From an uncultured Gammaproteobacteria bacterium (GTDB taxonomy: Bacteria; Patescibacteriota; Patescibacteriia; Magasanikbacterales; GWA2-37-8), in NCBI GenBank assembly GCA_964407865.1, contig CAYOXC010000003.1:12760-76759 (forward strand): a DNA stretch of 64,000 bases, given 5' to 3'. The notes under the pieces were generated by a model. The model saw only the letters and a list, made by a program, of their open reading frames with translations, made no database searches and had not been told where the DNA came from. Positions 62,633 to 64,000 of this stretch are shown piece after piece (positions within the stretch are counted from its first letter, which is position 1; each line of letters begins with the position of its first letter). A program made the translations under genes and the position numbers.

Positions 62633-63064
62633 TTGACTTTAAGTGTTTTTTGTGCTAATATTATAGCACGTATTAGTAATTTGTATTTAGTAATTTATGT
62701 TTGGGGAGGGGAATGTATGTTTGATTTTGAAAATTTAGAAGTTTACAAGAAAGCATTTGATCTAAACCATGAGATATTAAATTTTTTAAGATCAAATAAG
62801 AATATTGATTATTTTTTAAATGATCAATTGAAAAGAGCATCAATAAGTATTGTGATTAATTTAGCCGAGGGTACAGGAAAATTTTCTAAGCCTGATAAAA
62901 GAAATTTTTATATAATTGCCAGAGGTTCTTTATATGAATGCGTTGCTTTATTAGAAATTATAAAGAAAGAGAATGCGATCAATCAAGAAAATCACGAATA
63001 TTTTTATAAAAAATTTGAAGTAATATCAAAAATGTTAAGTGGATTAATAAATAGTCAAAGGTAA
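62633..63064 (+). CDS. Four-helix-bundle protein (23S rRNA IVS protein family); likely true start ATG at 62717 after GGGAGGGG
   Basis: FENLEVYKKAFDLNHEILNFL...INLAEGTGKFSKPDKRNFYIIARGSLYECVALLEI is the canonical pattern of this family. Confidence 0.75.
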   Translation: MTLSVFCANIIARISNLYLVIYVWGGECMFDFENLEVYKKAFDLNHEILNFLRSNKNIDYFLNDQLKRASISIVINLAEGTGKFSKPDKRNFYIIARGSLYECVALLEIIKKENAINQENHEYFYKKFEVISKMLSGLINSQR

Positions 63065-63105
63065 GTTTTTTCTAATTACAAAGCACAAATTACAAATTAC
63101 TATTT

Positions 63106-63197
63106 GGAGAGGTGGCTGAGTTGGTCGAAAGCGGCACACTGCTAATGTGTTGTGCAGCCTTAAAACTGCACCGAGGGTTCGAATCCCTCCCTCTCCG
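63106..63197 (+). tRNA. tRNA-Ser (anticodon GCU), class II
   Basis: GGAGAGG TG GCT..AGC anticodon stem GCACA/TGTGT with loop CTGCTAA; long variable arm TGCAG..CTGCA; T-arm GAGGGTTCGAATCCCTC; acceptor 3' strand CCTCTCC-G. Confidence 0.85.
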
Positions 63198-63199
63198 CA

Positions 63200-63392
63200 C
63201 GGAAAAAACCTGTCCGTCAGGCAGGTTTTTGAGTACGGAGAGGAGCGACCAAATTGATTTGGTCGCGCGAGGGATGAGAACGCCGGAGCGATGTCGCGCC
63301 GACTTACTGGGAGGCGCGACCGCGAGGCGGTGGCTAGCCCGAGGAGGCGGAAGCCGACGAGAGGCGAAGCCGATCCCTCCCTCTCCGCACTC
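63200..63392 (+). other. GC-rich (~60%) 170-bp segment immediately 3' of tRNA-Ser, ending in a 17-nt direct repeat of the tRNA 3' end (att-like)
   Basis: aatccctccctctccgcac (63183..63201) recurs as gatccctccctctccgcac (63373..63391). The terminator-like hairpin aacctgtccgtcaggcaggttttt lies at 63207..63230. Confidence 0.5.
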
Positions 63393-63400
63393 TTTTTTTA

Positions 63401-63673
63401 TTATGTAATTTTTATCGCCTTGCCGTTTATTAGTGCCTCGGCGATTTTTTTATAGGCAGAGCCCAAAATTCTCTGAAGAGTGCTGGTTGAAGTGTTCATT
63501 TTTTTGGCGCATCCGGCCTGGTCAAAATCCTCTAAATTTTTTAATCTTATTGCTTCAAGTTCTTCAGTGGTTAACTCAACAATTTCCAAATTTTTCATTT
63601 GGATTCCTTGAGGTTTAAAGTAAGTAACGCGTGGATTAATGCGTATGCGACGGCAAAGTCTTGGTCTTGGCAT
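63401..63673 (-). CDS. DUF134/UPF0251-family predicted DNA-binding protein
   Basis: MPRPRLCRRI...LTTEELEAIRLKNLEDFDQAGCAKKMNTSTSTLQRILGSAYKKIAEALINGKAIKI matches the DUF134 HTH pattern. Confidence 0.65.
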   Translation of the reverse strand: MPRPRLCRRIRINPRVTYFKPQGIQMKNLEIVELTTEELEAIRLKNLEDFDQAGCAKKMNTSTSTLQRILGSAYKKIAEALINGKAIKIT

Positions 63674-63732
63674 AGATGTATTTTTAAAAAAACCTCGCCC
63701 TGCTTTACGAGCAGGGTTTAAGAGGTTCTCTG

Positions 63733-63933
63733 TTAGGCATTATTGTTGCCTTGGCCAAAACGACCTCGTAAACCTCGTCCCATTCCTCGTCCTCGGCCTC
63801 CACGACCGCATCCCATTCCTTGTCCACGTCCGTCAAATGGCCTGCCTTGAGGTTTGGCGTCAGAGCATTTTCCCATCTGTCCGCCTGTTTTTGCACCTTT
63901 TTGAGCAGGGCCTGTACCGTCAAATATAGGCAT
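63733..63933 (-). CDS. Small Gly/Arg-rich protein, DUF5320-like (commonly paired with DUF134)
   Basis: MPIFDGTGPAQKGAKTGGQMGKC...GRGGRGRGMGRG; the frame was chosen over the overlapping 63705..63923 alternative by family resemblance. Confidence 0.35.
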   Translation of the reverse strand: MPIFDGTGPAQKGAKTGGQMGKCSDAKPQGRPFDGRGQGMGCGRGGRGRGMGRGLRGRFGQGNNNA

Positions 63934-64000
63934 ATATTTGTATATTAAAGGTTATTTAAGTGATAGCCGACCTTTATGATTCACTATCTATTATGAGTAT

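Noticed and set aside
63112-63408. 98-aa plus-strand ORF spanning tRNA-Ser and the GC-rich segment
   Set aside because: It runs through a tRNA gene and a terminator hairpin. It is a compositional artefact of the GC-rich stretch.

Overview
This window reads like a low-GC (~37-40% by eye), gene-dense bacterial chromosome segment. The small proteins, frequent TTG/GTG start contexts, giant Cys-rich surface protein, T4SS-like/competence genes and standalone rnpB give it a CPR/Patescibacteria-like flavour; that is inference, not a database result. Going left to right, the window contains the items below. (1) A minus-strand surface-polysaccharide cluster: a DUF4012-like protein, three GT4 glycosyltransferases and a WbaP-like priming sugar transferase. 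(2) An HD-domain dGTPase-like gene lying divergent to a clearly recognisable RNase P RNA (rnpB) driven by a near-consensus sigma70 promoter. (3) RNase J, tRNA-Leu(CAG), an OppA-like substrate-binding protein and secG. (4) A DsbA-like gene, a VirB2/TrbC-like pilin with Cys-rich repeats, and uvrA. (5) rplS, gmk, an rluD-like gene and tRNA-Ile(UAU). (6) A PAP2 phosphatase, a sugar nucleotidyltransferase, mltG and queA. (7) The rplK-nusG-secE operon with no rplA, then gyrB. (8) A SEDS FtsW/RodA gene, prfB, a TsaC/YrdC fusion protein and ksgA. (9) A 2784-aa Cys-rich secreted giant protein. (10) A compositionally distinct GC-rich island carrying an Asp/Ser/Thr-repeat lipoprotein, a radical-SAM/SPASM enzyme and a previously unlisted 56-aa Cys-rich peptide gene, which is a candidate RiPP system. 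(11) A T4SS-like cluster: a VirB6-like membrane protein, a VirB3/PrgI-like protein, a VirB4 gene split by an in-frame TAA, and comFC. (12) A second GC-rich Asp/Thr-repeat gene driven by a duplicated copy of the rnpB promoter module. (13) A 14-TM membrane protein, two four-helix-bundle (23S rRNA IVS-type) proteins, tRNA-Ser(GCU) followed by a GC-rich segment that ends in a duplicated tRNA 3' end, and a DUF134/DUF5320-like pair. The most striking non-genic signal is a four-copy family of paired inverted ~30-nt arms with arm-to-arm compensatory substitutions. The downstream arm supplies the RBS and start codon of secG, secE, the nucleotidyltransferase and the VirB4 N-domain. At the fourth locus a GIY-YIG nuclease gene sits exactly between the arms.
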